From NCBI RefSeq assembly GCF_001194135.2, contig NC_068994.1, positions 5,169,088 to 5,231,498 of the forward strand: 62,411 nt of DNA, in the 5' to 3' direction. Numbering within the stretch: the first letter of the stretch is position 1; each line of letters starts with the position of its first letter. Shown here one piece after another: positions 1 through 13,915 of the stretch. A model generated the notes under the pieces. The model worked only from the letters and a program-made list of their open reading frames with translations. It did no database searches and was not told the DNA's origin. Source of the DNA: Octopus bimaculoides. Taxonomy: Eukaryota. The translations under genes and the position numbers were made by a program.

Positions 1-2329
1 ATGGATGAATACCCCCACACACACACATTCAGACACTGATGCATGCATTCCCTACCATGCACACACACACATCTATTATTGTTGACAAACTAAATTTCTT
101 CCTATCTGTTTGTACTCACCACCACCACCACCACCACTATCACAATAGTATTAATTAGAAAGAGAGAGGGAAAATAGAGAGAGAGAGAGAGAGAGAGGAA
201 GGGGTGGGTAGAGGGGTCAGGAACCACCGGCAGTCTCCAGTTATTTAAATTAATCAACACAAGTTAACACCACCATCACCATCACCACCATCATTTAAAT
301 AGTATATCACAAGTTAAGAAAGAGAGGGGGAAAAAGTCATACAGAATGAGTCACTATTTAAAGTCAAAGTGTCCACCCAGAAACCACCCATATTTCAAAC
401 CCAACCACACACACACACACACACACAATCTTTATATAATCCCAGTACAACACTAATAAAATAACCTACTCCCAGCCTACCCCAAGCAACAATAACAACA
501 ACAAGGGACAAATGGTATAATTTTTAGCAGTCGTCCTCTTTAGTAATCTACCCACATTTCACCCTGATACACCAAATTATAGCCTCACCTCCCTACAACA
601 CTGATGGGAATGACATAGAATCACCTTTCTCTCTCTCTCTCCCTTCCTCTCATTTTTAGTGTCTGTCTGTGTGTGTGAATGTGTGTGTGTGTGTGGGGGG
701 GGGGATTGTGGCAACTGCTTGTTGGTCAACATGGGTCCCCTCTCTCATTTAAGCTTTCCACCACCAGACAGCTGCTGCTACCAAAAGCTACAGAGCAAGG
801 CCTCTATGTGGTCACACGACTTGCTAAAAACAACAGCCAAAAACTCCTTCAAATCACACAATTCTGATCTGGAAAAGAACATGTTACATGATGCAGTGTT
901 GGGTCCCCCCCCGCAACTTGAGGCTGGAATGACCTTGATCTTTAGCTAGGTTGAGTGAAATTGATCTGGGACTAGACAACAGCCACCACCATCACCATTA
1001 CCATCTCATTGCTGTAGGTGCATGAGTATAGGACAGAGTTTAGCAATTTAGAATATGTAGGGAACTAGAAGCAGACAGGCCGTTAGACAAATCAGCAGAC
1101 AGATCAATAGATACTCAAGCAGAGAAGAAAAATGTAGGACGTGTGTGTGAGTGTATGACCATGCATGTTAAAAACTTCAAGGCCACTCCAAATGCTAGGC
1201 TTCAAAATCTTCATCTCTTATCATGATCTCTCTCTCTTTCACACATACATTCAGTGCCAAAACTGTTGTGTTGTTTAACCAGTAGTTTTGTTGTATGGAC
1301 ATAGGTGTAGCTCTTGTGCTCAACAAATTGGCATTTGCAGCCACACAATTTCATGCTTGATCTCACTGCACAACACCTTGGGCATGTGTTTCTGCCACAC
1401 TGCTAGGTTGGCCAATATGTCAAGAATTTAGAAGATGGAAACTGTGTAGAAGTTTGTCCCTTCTTTCTATCCNNNNNNNNNNNNNNNNNNNNNNNNNNNN
1501 NNNNNNNNNNNNNNNNNNNNNNNNNNNNNNNNNNNNNNNNNNNNNNNNNNNNNNNNNNNNNNNNNNNNNNNNNNNNNNNAATTACTGATATGACATAATA
1601 TGTAACATGTGTTTGTATATTGTTATTATTGTCCTCTTAGCTAAAAAATAAACAGGTAAATTGACACAATACAATGTCTGCAAGTTAAGGAATACCACTT
1701 ATTAATCCCCTCCATTTTCTTATTGCTAGATAGATAGATAGATAGTTACAGGTTGGGCAAAAAGTTACACACAAAATAAGTTCAATACACTCTGGAATTG
1801 ACAAAGACAGGCTTCAATTTTTCTAAAATTGAATAAAATAATGATAAATGCATATGTAGAATATACAGAATGAACATGATAATAATAATAATAATAATGT
1901 TATTAATAAATAAAATGTCAACTCTTTAGGTGCATGACTTTTGGCCCACCATGTGTGTGTGTGTTCATTTGTTTTACTACTGTTTTAATATGTTAGCAAC
2001 AGTTAGAGGAGTATATATTCTTTTCTACTCTAGGTACAAGGCCTGAAATGTTTTTACCATGGCAGAATCTGAACTCAGAAGGTAAAGACAGACAAAATGT
2101 TGCCAAGCATTTTGCCTGCTGTGCTAACGGTTCTGCCAGTTCTCTGCCCCCACCACGTAGTCACAGTAATAGCTACAGTTGCATAAAGCCACATACTATT
2201 GTTTTTATAGTCCACTTAATCAAATCCCAGTACTTTACTGACACATATTTTATTGATCCCAGGAAGTGTGAAGTGAACCACAATAAGATTTGAACTCAGA
2301 AAATAGAGACACAACTAAATATTAGAAGG

Positions 2330-2660
2330 TACAGACATTCCTTTCAAGTGTTGGACCTCACGGGGGCAATGACCGAGACCTTTGGGATTATGCTGAGCTT
2401 GAGAAGACCCATCAAGCTGAGTGAAATTACAGTCATGGTAGATACTGGTATCACACAAATAGCACCTGTGCCAGTGGCACATAAAAGCACCCATTACACT
2501 CTCTGAGTGGTTGGGGTTAGGAAGGGCATCCAGCCGTAGAAATCCATGCCAAATCAGACTGGCCCTGGCACAGCCTTCCAGCTTACCAGCCCCGGTTAAA
2601 CTGTCCAACCCATGCCAGCATGGACAATGGACATTAAATGATGATGATGATGATGATGAT
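2330..2660 (+). mobile_element. RTE LINE 3' end (5'-truncated)
   Basis: LDLTGAM..RDLWDYAELEKTHQAE* followed by the same 3'UTR and a (GAT)n tail. Confidence 0.8.
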
Positions 2661-4928
2661 ACCTCCATATTACAAAAGTGTTATGTTCCTGAAATATTTT
2701 ACTGTAATGAGAAATTTTGACAACACAAACCCTATTTTCCTATTGACTTCCAAGTTATGTAACATGGAAGACAATGGAATAAAAAGCTTTGTGTCATGGA
2801 ATTCCATGTAACAGCAATATTTTTAGGAATGCAACTCCGCCATAATGTGGGGGATGTCTGTATTTTGTCTAACATTCTATCACTCGACATCTCAATTGTC
2901 TGAAAGTCATCGGCACTGTGCTTACTGTGTCTCACATAATAACGTGTGTGCAATAATATAATGCGTTTGTTTCTTCAGTAATTGCTTCCAACTCACCACA
3001 TGACCAACAAATACACAATCCAATGAAGGTACCTGTAGGTGGCCAGTCACTTGACTCAGTAGAAACAGCAGCCAAATCTTTCTCAAATCACAATGTACTG
3101 TTTTACAAAAAAAAGTGTACATTAAATTACATAGTCCTAGATGCACTATGACTAAAAAAGAAAAAGATAGGGGGATTATGGTTTTCATTATTTTGATTAT
3201 AGAGGCCGGACTGGTCACAGGTGCCACTTTGACTAAAGACCCCTTGGAGTAAAAAAATGGAAATGCTGTCAACATAAGCCAATGAGGGATCCTCCATGTG
3301 GTTGCTTGACATGCTAGAAATAGCACCCACATTCCCTAAAATCACACCCTACAGTCTGAAATTAGATATTAGGTAATTGTGTCAAAGATAGATATACACT
3401 ATGTATGGAATACCTTTGCATATAGCTCTATTCTACTGGGGCTATCCTAGGCCCCAAACCCCTCCCAAAAAAAAAAAAAAACTACAACCAACAACAACAA
3501 AAACAAGCAAGGGAGTCTCTATATAGTTGTCTGACCTACTAAAAATAGCAACTAAATTGCCCTCCGAATCATGCTATATTTTCAAGAACTAACCAAGTAC
3601 TGGCTTTGACTCATATTCGTAGAGTACATCTGAGATGTGAAGGAATTCTAGAATGAAAGCCATTCCATAATACATTTAGATGGATTCCTCTTTCTTGGAA
3701 TATTCTTTATTTTTTTTTTCTTTCTCTTCTTCTCATCAATGTGAGTGTCCCTGGCTGATGGTCAAAGCACCACTCCCAACCAAGTCTCAGAGACAGAATG
3801 CTTCATGGCATCATTGAGCAAAGAGAGGAATTTGGAGAATGTTATGTGACACAGAGACATAGTTCGATGTGATACAGAGGCTGGGCAGTCAGGAAATACA
3901 GTCGTCATCACTGTCATCATTTCTGTTATGTTGATCATCATCATCATCATCATCATCATCATCGTTTAACGTCCGCTTTCCATGCTAGCATGATGATAAT
4001 GTTAAATACAGGGGTGGGGGAGGGGGCAATGACATGTATGGTGGTGGTGGTGATGATGACTGGTGGTTGTGGCGATGGTGGTGGTATTGGTGGTGATGAC
4101 GATAATGTTAGACATGAGGGCAGTGGGAAGTGATGGTGATGATGGTGGCATTGGTGATGATGATGATGATGGTAGTGGTAATGATGATGATGATGATGGA
4201 GGTGGTGAATGATGTCCATGGACACTGAACCCTTCCCACCAAATATTCCACATATTTCACTTGAGATGTTGACAACAACAACAACATTTTCAAATAAAAG
4301 GAAAAGCAAGAGGAACAAAACTAAACAAAACAAAACAAAAAAAAACCTGAAGTATTTATTTTTGTTTTAGTTTCCATGACAACAGCTCTCCATGTGGAGG
4401 TGGCTGCGGGAGGGGGGGAGAGGGATGTTAACAAGAGGAATGGGGAGGAATACAAACTCACTCAAGATTAAGTTTGAATGTTGATTCCACTGAACATCTG
4501 ACCCACTCCCACCTCACCCACTTAACATAGAGATGGTTGTTGTTGTTGTTTAGCCACAGGTCAATCATGATTGATTAGGCCTATGATTGATGGTATTTTA
4601 TCTGTGATCATCCAGTCTTTTTACCCTTTTCCATATATATCTATGATGATGATGATGATGCCTTATGTATCCTTTGTTCTTGAGCAGGATTTGATCAAAC
4701 AAAACTATGAGCAAAGACCTTCTAGCCATGACCACCACATCTTTTTCCTGTGTGCAATTTGAGGGTAATTGTTGGATGTGGTGGGTGGTGATGACAGTGA
4801 GGGGGGGGGGAATGATGTTAAACATAGTCAGGAGTGGCAGTGGAAAATGGTGATGGTAATGTTAGTGGTGGGGTGGTGGTGGTGGTAGTGAGGAACTCTC
4901 CACCACTCCACTACTGAAAAGAATAGAA

Positions 4929-5160
4929 CAGTGGTTCTCAACCCCTTTTTACTTATGGACCCCTTTCATTTACTATTTTACACTGGTAGACCCCACTAGC
5001 CATTCAATGTTTAAATTTAGTTTTATAAATACTTCTTTCAAAATTCCTAATTTGTGCTTTCCTTCATTCGCTTGCGTAAGTTTGCAAAACACTCGCTAGT
5101 CTTTTTTTGCAATAAATACATCTAAAGTAAAATAGTTTTCATGGGCCCTTAAGATGTGGA
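4929..5160 (+). mobile_element. hAT-like MITE left part, truncated by a SINE
   Basis: Starts CAGTGGTTCTCAACC (typical hAT/Charlie TIR) with repeated GGACCCC-like subterminal motifs; no right TIR was found. Confidence 0.4.
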
Positions 5161-6424
5161 TCCCAAATGTAATCGACTTAATCCCTTCCCCCAAAATTTG
5201 AGGCCTTGTGCTTCCAGTAGAAAGGATTATTATTATTATTATTAGTAGTAGTAGTAATAATAATAAGAATAAGAAAGGCTTCTGATATAGGTACAACACC
5301 AGCAGTTTTGAAGGGAGTTGAAACCATCAAGCCCAATAGATGACTGGCACTTATGTTACTGACCCTGGGATTTGAACTCAGAATGTAAAGAGTTAGAACC
5401 AACACTGCAACGCATATTCTTTCCACTGCTCTAGCAATTCTGCCAATCGACTGCCCTGAAACTGATGATGATGATGATGATGATGATGATGACTAGCAAC
5501 TATAGTAAAGCAGGAGTGATGATTGTAATGGGTGTTGCAAAGGTCCCTGAGTACAATATCTGTTAAGGAGAATTTCAAACAATTACAAGAGACCATCAAG
5601 CAGACTATCCAGTAATAAACAACCATTGTGATTCTTAAGCAAACTTGTGTAAAGGGTGACGGGAGAATAGAAGAAGTGATTAGAAATATTGTACATTAAA
5701 CGCTTGAAACTCTTCTTCTCCCCACCTCACCCCCATATCCTCTTCCCCCTCCGCCATCATCATCATCATACCTCCACCCATCACTTATATACATTAAAGT
5801 TATTTTCTGCTCTCTTGCAGACTTGTTCTAGTGTAGGGGGGTTTCATATTGTAAGAGCACCAAATGCATGTGTGTATATAAATCTGTATGTATTTTTGTG
5901 TATGTGTGAGCATATATATCAGTACAGTGTGTGCGCACGCACTCGTGTGTGTATGTGTGTGTGTGTGTGAAATTAGTGACACTGGGTATCATTTTACACA
6001 CAAACACATCCACTCAACGAGCAATTTGATACATACACATAAAAATAAACTTCTGTAATTAAAAGCTGTGTACATAGCAACACACACACACACACACACA
6101 CACAAACATATAGAGACAATATTCTGCCAAACACAACAATATCAGGTATCAATATTTTATAGCCCTTTCTTCAAATGACCCTTTGTGAATTAAAGTCATT
6201 TCCCTTGATCCTTTGTTTGAAAACATCAGAGAGTTACATAAACTTCCAATGTCTCCCTGCATTACACTCCCAATTACTCTACAGTACATTTATAGAAATA
6301 TCATTTTATTTCTTTATGTTTAACTTATAAGTTAATTTCACAGACATCTTGCATTTAACTTCCATCTGAGAAACATAGGGTGTTCTTTATAACCTAACAT
6401 ATCCTTGAGATACTGACTGCCTAG

Positions 6425-6740
6425 TGTATTCTTTCAGGGCCTGAAAGCTAATGTATCATTCAAGGGCCTAACAGGGTGATGTATCCTTCAAGGGGTTGAT
6501 AGCTTAGTGGATGCTTCAGAAGTCTGACAGCTTGGTACATTTTTCAGTTAATCAACAGACAGCTGCATCCTCCAGTTAATCAACAGACAGCTGCGTCCTC
6601 CAGTTAATCAACAGACAGCTGCGTCCTCCAGTTAATCAACAGACTGCTGTGTCCTCCAGATTATCAACAGACAGCTGCGTCCTCCAGTTAATCAACAGAT
6701 GTTGTGTCCTCCAGTTAATCAACAGACTGCTGTGTCCTTC
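6425..6740. repeat. 28-bp minisatellite (7 young units at 6545-6740, preceded by about 4 diverged units in phase)
   Basis: Unit CAGTTAATCAACAGACAGCTGCGTCCTC; the phase continues upstream at 6425, 6452, 6480, 6508, 6536. Confidence 0.9.
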
Positions 6741-9599
6741 AAAGAGTGTCTGTCAAGAAAACCAGATTACAGATTTTCTGCAGGGAGTATTTAAAATTGT
6801 GGTGATTTAAGGCCTGCAGTAAGTGACAACAAACAGCCTCAAATTGTAACATAGTGGTGTTATACAGACATAGTTAAAAAATCCTGCCGATGCTTTATAT
6901 AACAGGATTAGCATTTTTTTATATGTCTGCATGCAACACAGTGCACCATAATGCATATAAGTGAACACAGCTGCATGCAGCAGCAACCACTGTCCTTAGT
7001 ATCAATCCAACCACCAGCAGTCGTTAAGGGTTAATCAATCATTAATTTTGAGAAATGTGTCACCATTACCAATATTTCAGTTTGTATCAGAGGTGGATAG
7101 CTTAAGCAGCGTTTGAGCTGGTGGTCATGCTGTGGCTGCAGAGGTGCAGAGTTTCAGTCAGGCGATATAGCAAACCTATTGTGCTAAGCTGAGGTGATGG
7201 GAGTAATATCCATTATTTCTTGTTATAAATGCAACAGTCATGGGAATGTAACGCATTGCTGGGCATTGCAGACACACAGACAGACACGGAAAAGGTCAAT
7301 ATAGTTTTATATCAAGGACGGGTTGGGGGGAGTCATGTTGGCAATACTATTTTGGTTTCAGCTTTTGTTCCATTTACAGTTTTGTTTGAAATAACGTAAC
7401 AAGAGAAGAAATGTGAAATATAGAAAACAAGTGAAAACTTAAAATAGCCAAAACTATATTTAGTTACAAAAGAGACTGCAATGAAAAAACTCATGCTTTC
7501 CTGTGTACAATGTCTTTTATGTGTGTGTGTGTGTGTGTGTGTATACATACATCCCCACATATGTACATACAGACATATGTCTGTATATATTCCATTCTTT
7601 CACTGGTTTCAGTCATTGGACTGCAGCCAAGCTGAGAGTTTAGTTGATTATATAGATCCATGTACTGATTTTAGTTTGGTGCTTACTTTTATTGATCTCT
7701 ATTTATTGAACCATTAAACTATGGGATAAAAACGATCATAATATGAACATCACCATCATAGAAGCAGTGTTCTTTGTTTCCAATGTTCCATGGAAACAGG
7801 TCTGGACATTTGGAAAGAGGAGAGAGTTAGTGACAGGAGAGGCATCCAGCTGTAGAAAAATCTGCCTGAATACACTCTGTATCTTATGCAAATATGGAAA
7901 ACTGGGAGTTAAAACAATGAGGATGACGACAGAGCTACATATGCACATTTGGCCTATACAGGCACACACATATACATAGTCTCACACACAGATTACCAGC
8001 AATACGCATACAATAATTAGCTTTCTCTCTCTCTCTCTCCACATACACAAACCCACACAGACATGTATATATATACATATACATCAGATATGTGTATCCA
8101 CACACACAAACTAATTATCAGCCATTTTACAGTTGCCCAGTCTCTGCTTATATGTTCAAAGGAAGGGCAAGATAGGCATTTAAATAACTCTGCTATACTG
8201 TGTGTGTGTGGGTGTGTGTGTGTGTGTGGGTGTGCACGTGCATATGTATCATTGTAAGTGTATGTGCATAAAGGCATGTAGGTAAACATAGCTGTCTACA
8301 CGTTTTTATGTATAGACATAAATGTATGCTATAGTTTTGTTGCTCTTACTATTTCAGGCTATCTCTGATGAAGCCATTACAACCACAACAATCCCATATT
8401 TATTTCTGTATAATATCTTTGGGCCTACATTAGCCTAAGTACCCTTCCTTTTTTTATATATATACAATAGCAAATGTTACCTCAAGTTTCCTATTTCTAG
8501 GGGGTTGAATGACAACAAAAATTTCTGCATTCTGAGTTGCCAAGTCAACTTTGTTTTTCATTCATTAAAGGTTGATAAGAAAAATGTACCAATAGAGGGC
8601 ACTGCATTGGCAGAACTCTAAGATCATCAGACCAGATATGCCTTGTGTATTTGTTTTGAGTTTTTGTGAACAGAAATGAAATCCCACTGTAGCCCATTTG
8701 GGAGTGCTTAGCGGGGTCCACTTTGTTGCAAGTATTTGTGCCAGGTTCCTGATTTGAGGATGCTCTTCCTACTTCCACCAACCTTGGAGACTCTGTAAAG
8801 GGTCATGAACGCTACCTTCTCACCTGACTAAAAGATGATGGAAAAAAAAAAAAAGCTCCATTGTTAACTCCATTAAAGTGTGTACTTTTGTTGTTTATCC
8901 TTAAATCATCCTTGATCAAACAAACTGATAATTAAACATGTTCCAACCATGACCATCCTGCCATTTTGTATACCTGGGATATTTACCAGTTTTTGGTGTG
9001 AGGTCAGTTCTGATAGATGAGTAAATGTAACCACTGAAAGGAGATTTACTCCTCATAATCTATTCCTCAACATCTAGTTGCACTACCACAGCACTGACTT
9101 TCAATAATGGCATACAGTCACACACTTTTAGCAATGGTTGATTAAATTGAACTTAATATTTTTCAGTATTTCACTGAAACTTTATTTCCTCAACTCCTGT
9201 TGCATGAAAGACAAAGCTGATCTCAACAGGATTTCAACTCAAAATGGAAAAAGGACATAACTCAATGCTAAACACCACAAGGTATTCAGTCCAATGCTCT
9301 GGAGTTCCAGCCTCCTCATTACCTTTCAAATACTTGTTACATACCAATAATGTACACTTCCACCTTTCACAATATTTAGGCGGAGGAGGAAACAGAAGGG
9401 GAGGATGGGGGGTTTGTAGTGGTGGTGGTACAGAAAGTGTATGTGTGTGTCCATACAAATTTTAAAAATGTGTAGTACATTTGGTGGTTGCTCATGGAAG
9501 CATTGGCTTGTTGTAGTTCTGCTAAATGATGTTGATTGTTAACCAATTCTAAAGGCAAGTTATTTGATATCACCATATGACTAATTAGTTCTTCAAACA

Positions 9600-10400
9600 A
9601 ATATGGTAGTCAAATAAACTATAAAAAAAAAAATGTCAGCTCATGGTGACAGGTGAACAATACTCAGAACAAATGAAGGACACCTGACTTAGATGCAGTT
9701 TACATCAACGACGTTCAGCTGAAATCAGTGAACATGTTCACCTATTTGGACTCTTTAATCATGTAAATGTAACATGTAAAACCAAGATGACTAAGTAAAT
9801 TGCAACAGTAACAATAATAAATAGCAAAGATGAATAAAATGTGAAACAACAAAAAACATTGCAATGAATCAGAAGGTAAAAGTAATACAATTTATGGTAA
9901 CAACAATTGCATTATGTGGATGCGAGATCTGGAGATACTCAAGATACATTGAGATGAAATTGTCAACATCTGGAATGAGATAGTATTTGAAGGATTCTTG
10001 GTAGTATATGGAAAGACTCCTGGACAAACCAGTCAATCTTGGAACAACTTAATAAATTTGTTGAGAAGAGAGAAAGACTTAAAAAAAACCCCAAAAAAAC
10101 CCCAGCAAGATGGAGAAAAATGTAGTGGTTTGGTGTCATCAGTAGAATGCCCGAGTGACTTACAAATACAATAATGTTTGGAAGATAGAAGTAAAAAGAG
10201 AAGGCGAAGAACAAAGAAAGACAGGCTTCATGATACTGAGGCATGAATTGGCATGAGAAAATTGGAATACATAAAGAATGCCCAAGACTAAAATGGGTGC
10301 AAAATATAGGTAAAATAAATTCAAGAACTGCAATGACAGAAATGCTATGGGAATGACTTGTCACACACACACATACACATGGAGAAGAGAGAGAAGGAAA
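9600..10400 (+). mobile_element. Old RTE-clade LINE remnant (RT C-terminal region)
   Basis: Broken frames VYINDVQLKSVNMFTYLDSLI, RILGSIWKDSWTNQSILEQL and WFGVISRMP match the RTE motifs LE.V..FTYLGS, RRILxISWxDxxTN and LRWFGH. Confidence 0.65.
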
Positions 10401-11500
10401 ACCAGAAAAAGCAAGGAGAGTAAAAATGCTTTCATATGCAAAGCATCGGGTAACGTCTATGACTAACAAATTGTCTTTCTATGGTGTTGACACATATATT
10501 TTTTATTTTAATTCCATTCACCCACCATCATCACCACCCCACGTTCTTAACTGGTACTTTAACTTATCACTTTAGAAGGATGAGAGTAGGCCACGCTGAC
10601 TTTGTGAGAATTTTGACTCAGGATATAAAAGGCTGCAACTAAATACCCAGGGTATTTTGTCCACCCCTAACGATTCTGCTTATTTACTGCATATCACCAC
10701 GATTACACACTTCATAAGAAATTCAAAGGTCCAACACTGTTGCTGTTGCTGATCCCAGAAAATAGTTAAGTTTAGCAGGTTCAAACCATACGTAAGACTC
10801 GGTGCATCCAAAACTCTCAATCACACAGAAGCAAATAAATGAACAAAAACAAAACCACACTACCTGAAGATGACAACATAATTTACCAGTCAGACTGCAG
10901 CATTCATTTGAAGAAAGGCATCATAGCTAACGAACAATTACCCTTCTCCTCACAATAGAGACACTTGCCCCATAAAGAAAAAAGGCAAGGAAAGAAGATA
11001 CTGTTCCTGTGGGGCATAGATCAGCAACATTGTTATATGCTACATCCCATATGAAGGAGTTGTTTATTTCTGGGATAAGGTCATTAATGGCTGGTAGTTA
11101 ATTGGTTCATTTCATAGGGATGGTTCTCTTTCCCCTCCCTCCCTCACACAAAGTGTTTACATTAAAAATAAAGAGTTGAGAAAAACATCCTTATTAAGTA
11201 GGTGTGGTCAACGCACACAAACACATGATACTGATGTAGGCACAAGCAAATAGATGTAGACAAAACACACATATACACGCATACACACAGAGAAGTAATC
11301 ATCACTACCAAGACCTCAAATTACAAACCAGTGGTTCATTTAATGATGATGTTACTTGAGAGAGAGGGGGGGAGTGAGAAAGAGAGAGAGAATATTAAGA
11401 AGACAATAAATGACACACAATTGAGGACACATATATTGGAAACTTATCCAATTATCCAACTGCCACTATGAAACAAATGTTAAAACAAAGCTGAATGGTA

Positions 11501-11557
<57 letters not shown>

Positions 11558-12451
11558 CACACAATATATGAAACAATGATACAGAAGTAATAATAGACTG
11601 AGGCTGAGATGGTTCCAGAGTGTAATGGTGTCAAACTTATTGAGTAATACATTCTAAATAAGTGTGGGCTTAGTGAATAATTGTAGCAATGTCATTATGA
11701 TAGCTTTTCATACAGTTGTTTAGAACTAACTGCAGTCACTGCTCATTCCTCTCTCTATAGACACAGTTACAGCAGTGTGCTTAAGAAGGCCAATTTGCAA
11801 CTATGTGGTTTTTGAAGCTAATCCAATTGCTGGTTAATTTGGGTAAGTACTTTTTAATATAGCCTCAACAGGGTGGAAGTCATTTGGAAAGGTGATTTTT
11901 TATTCTTTGCAGCTGGATTTGCTGCTTGGTTTAATATTAATTATCCCCATGGCTGCATTGCAAGTATTCAAGCCAGATTTCTAATCTGAAGATATCTTCC
12001 TCTTTTCCTTTCACTTCACCAGTCTTGAGCACACTGGGGAAAAATCATGGACATTGCTTTTCCTCCTCTGATGAACCCTTAAATAACTTGCAAACACATA
12101 TAATGTCCAACTCGTGCTAGCATGGAAAAACATGTTTAACAAATGGTATGTGTGTGTGTGTCTCTCTTTCTCTCTACACATACACACATGTGGAGCTCTC
12201 AACCATTGTAAAGTGATTCATGTTGGAAAAGGCTACTCCAATGTAAAATCTACAGCTTGCTGGTCTCATTGCAGCAGTCTTAATCCTCTGAGCCACTGTG
12301 GTCACACCTCCAAGCCTAAAGAGTGGGACTGGGTTGTCCACTTTAAAAGTACTAAGTGCAGGCCGGAAGAAAAGCATCAAGGATTGATTCACAATGGGCA
12401 CTTGAGGGCGTGCCACTCTTCCTCTTGACTTTTGGACATGAAGAGACTGCC

Positions 12452-12504
12452 TCCACTGATGAGGCAAAGCTTTTATTAAGCAGAGCCAGAAATCCGGATC
12501 TGGA
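12452..12504 (+). ncRNA. Minimal type I hammerhead ribozyme-like motif
   Basis: TCCA-CTGATGA-GGC..GCTT(TTATT)AAGC..GCC-A-GAAA-TCCGGA-TC-TGGA. Stem I is 4 bp (TCCA/TGGA), both core boxes are present, stem III is palindromic (ATCCGGAT), and the cleavage triplet AUC ends at 12500. There is one extra A (12488) before GAAA. Confidence 0.7.
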
Positions 12505-12731
12505 ATTATCCAGTTATTTTTGCTAGTTTATTTTGTTTCTTTAGTAGTTAAGCTGCTATTTTCAGCATGGCGGTGTCTCTTAGATACCCTAAATTATAAT
12601 TTAAATAATTATTACCTTCGATGGTTTTTATTTCCATGCTGGCCACTTGATAGAATCGATATTTTAACTATTGATCTTATCCNNNNNNNNNNAGAGGTGA
12701 AAAACTTAGACTCGGAATAAAACAACTGATA

Positions 12732-13915
12732 CAGTAAAAACCCATGTAATTTATGCACTTTTTTTACGGAAAAATAAAAATAAACTTTAGCGAGTGTGTA
12801 AATTACACAAGTAAATTGTTTCCAGAATATTTTTTTGTTGATAAAAGCTATACAAAATGTAAACATTCATACCAGAAGTTGACTCATTTAATGTCAGAAT
12901 AGGTTTTTATAGAAAAAATAATGACTTTTAGTTATACTGGATGGTACAATGCTTACTTTTTTAGTATAAATTTACTAAAACCATTAAATGGTTAACTACT
13001 TTTTGAAGTCTGATCTTCATGTTGGTAAACATGGTCCAGACCATATTTTACATTGCTTGGAGTTTCTAACTATTGCAATGGAGCACTATTGACATACATA
13101 GTGGTATGGACATTTCTGACTGAAAAAAATGTAATGCTATGGATAATCTTGATTGTATGTTTTTATTTTTGTCTGTTTATTACTAGGCACAGTTTTAAGT
13201 TTGTTGTACTGTTTACACCAATTTCGAACATTGGCTTCATTAACATTAAAATGCCTTACAGCAGCTCTATTGCCACGTTCAAATGCATATTCTACAGAAT
13301 TTCTTCTTTGCAGTAAACAATTCATAACTTCTCCCCATACTGACAATTATGGTGATGACAAATTTCAAAGTTTGCTTGACATATGATAAGTGTGAAAGGG
13401 ATTAAAATTTCGATAGTCTGTATCAAAGGTTCCGACAAGAATAGGCAGAAAAGAATTCAGTTTACATAATCAGTTTGATCGGTCACCTTCCTCTGTCGAT
13501 TGAGTAAAGTGTCATTCAAGCTGATGTTTATTGATAATTAAACTTAATTTGCAACACCTGTGAGTATTTATCAGTTTTGTTTTTGTTGGTAATTCTTAAC
13601 AACTTTTCCTGTGATCATGATTTGAGAAGACATTCAGCCGTATGCTAAAGATTGGACATAATCTCTTGTGGGCAAGAAATGTTAAATAAAGTTTACGATA
13701 AACAACACAAACATTTTGTAATTTAATAGCTTATCTAATGATAAGTAAGTGAAATTATGCTAAATACAACTAAATCGGAAACTTTTTCCCCCTGGCTATT
13801 TCTGAAAACTTTGGGTGCAAATTTTACATGAGTAGAAGCTTTTTTTAAACTAATTTTAACCTGAAAATCACTTGTGTAAATTACACAGGTGTGCAAATTA
13901 CATGGGTTTTTATGG
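12732..13915 (-). mobile_element. pogo/Tigger-family (Tc1/mariner superfamily) DNA transposon, internally deleted relic
   Basis: Imperfect TIRs CAGTAAAAACCCATGTAATTT (12732) and its reverse complement CCATAAAAACCCATGTAATTT (13915), flanked by TA on both sides. Subterminal inverted GTGTAA(A/T)TTACACAAGT. Internal ORF 13137-13346 (VEYAFERGNRAAVRHFNVNEANVRNWCKQ) resembles the Brinker-type HTH of pogo transposases. Confidence 0.8.

Noticed and set aside
6545-6740. Regular 28-bp repeats as a CRISPR array
   Set aside because: Units are head-to-tail with no unique spacers, the context is eukaryotic, and there are no cas genes.
7015-7035. piggyBac-like right end (GTCGTTAAGGGTTAA)
   Set aside because: No matching left end was found.
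10790-10862. Possible downstream exon of the gene (cttcag|GTAGTG...TAC|gtatgg)
   Set aside because: The translation is a T-rich low-complexity string unlike hillarin/KY.
11640-12440. Possible hAT dimerisation domain (YPN...TVSIERG), CR1 motif (CKVIHVGK) or GIY-YIG remnant upstream of the first hammerhead
   Set aside because: Motif spacing and order are inconsistent and frames are heavily broken; the parent element cannot be assigned without a search.
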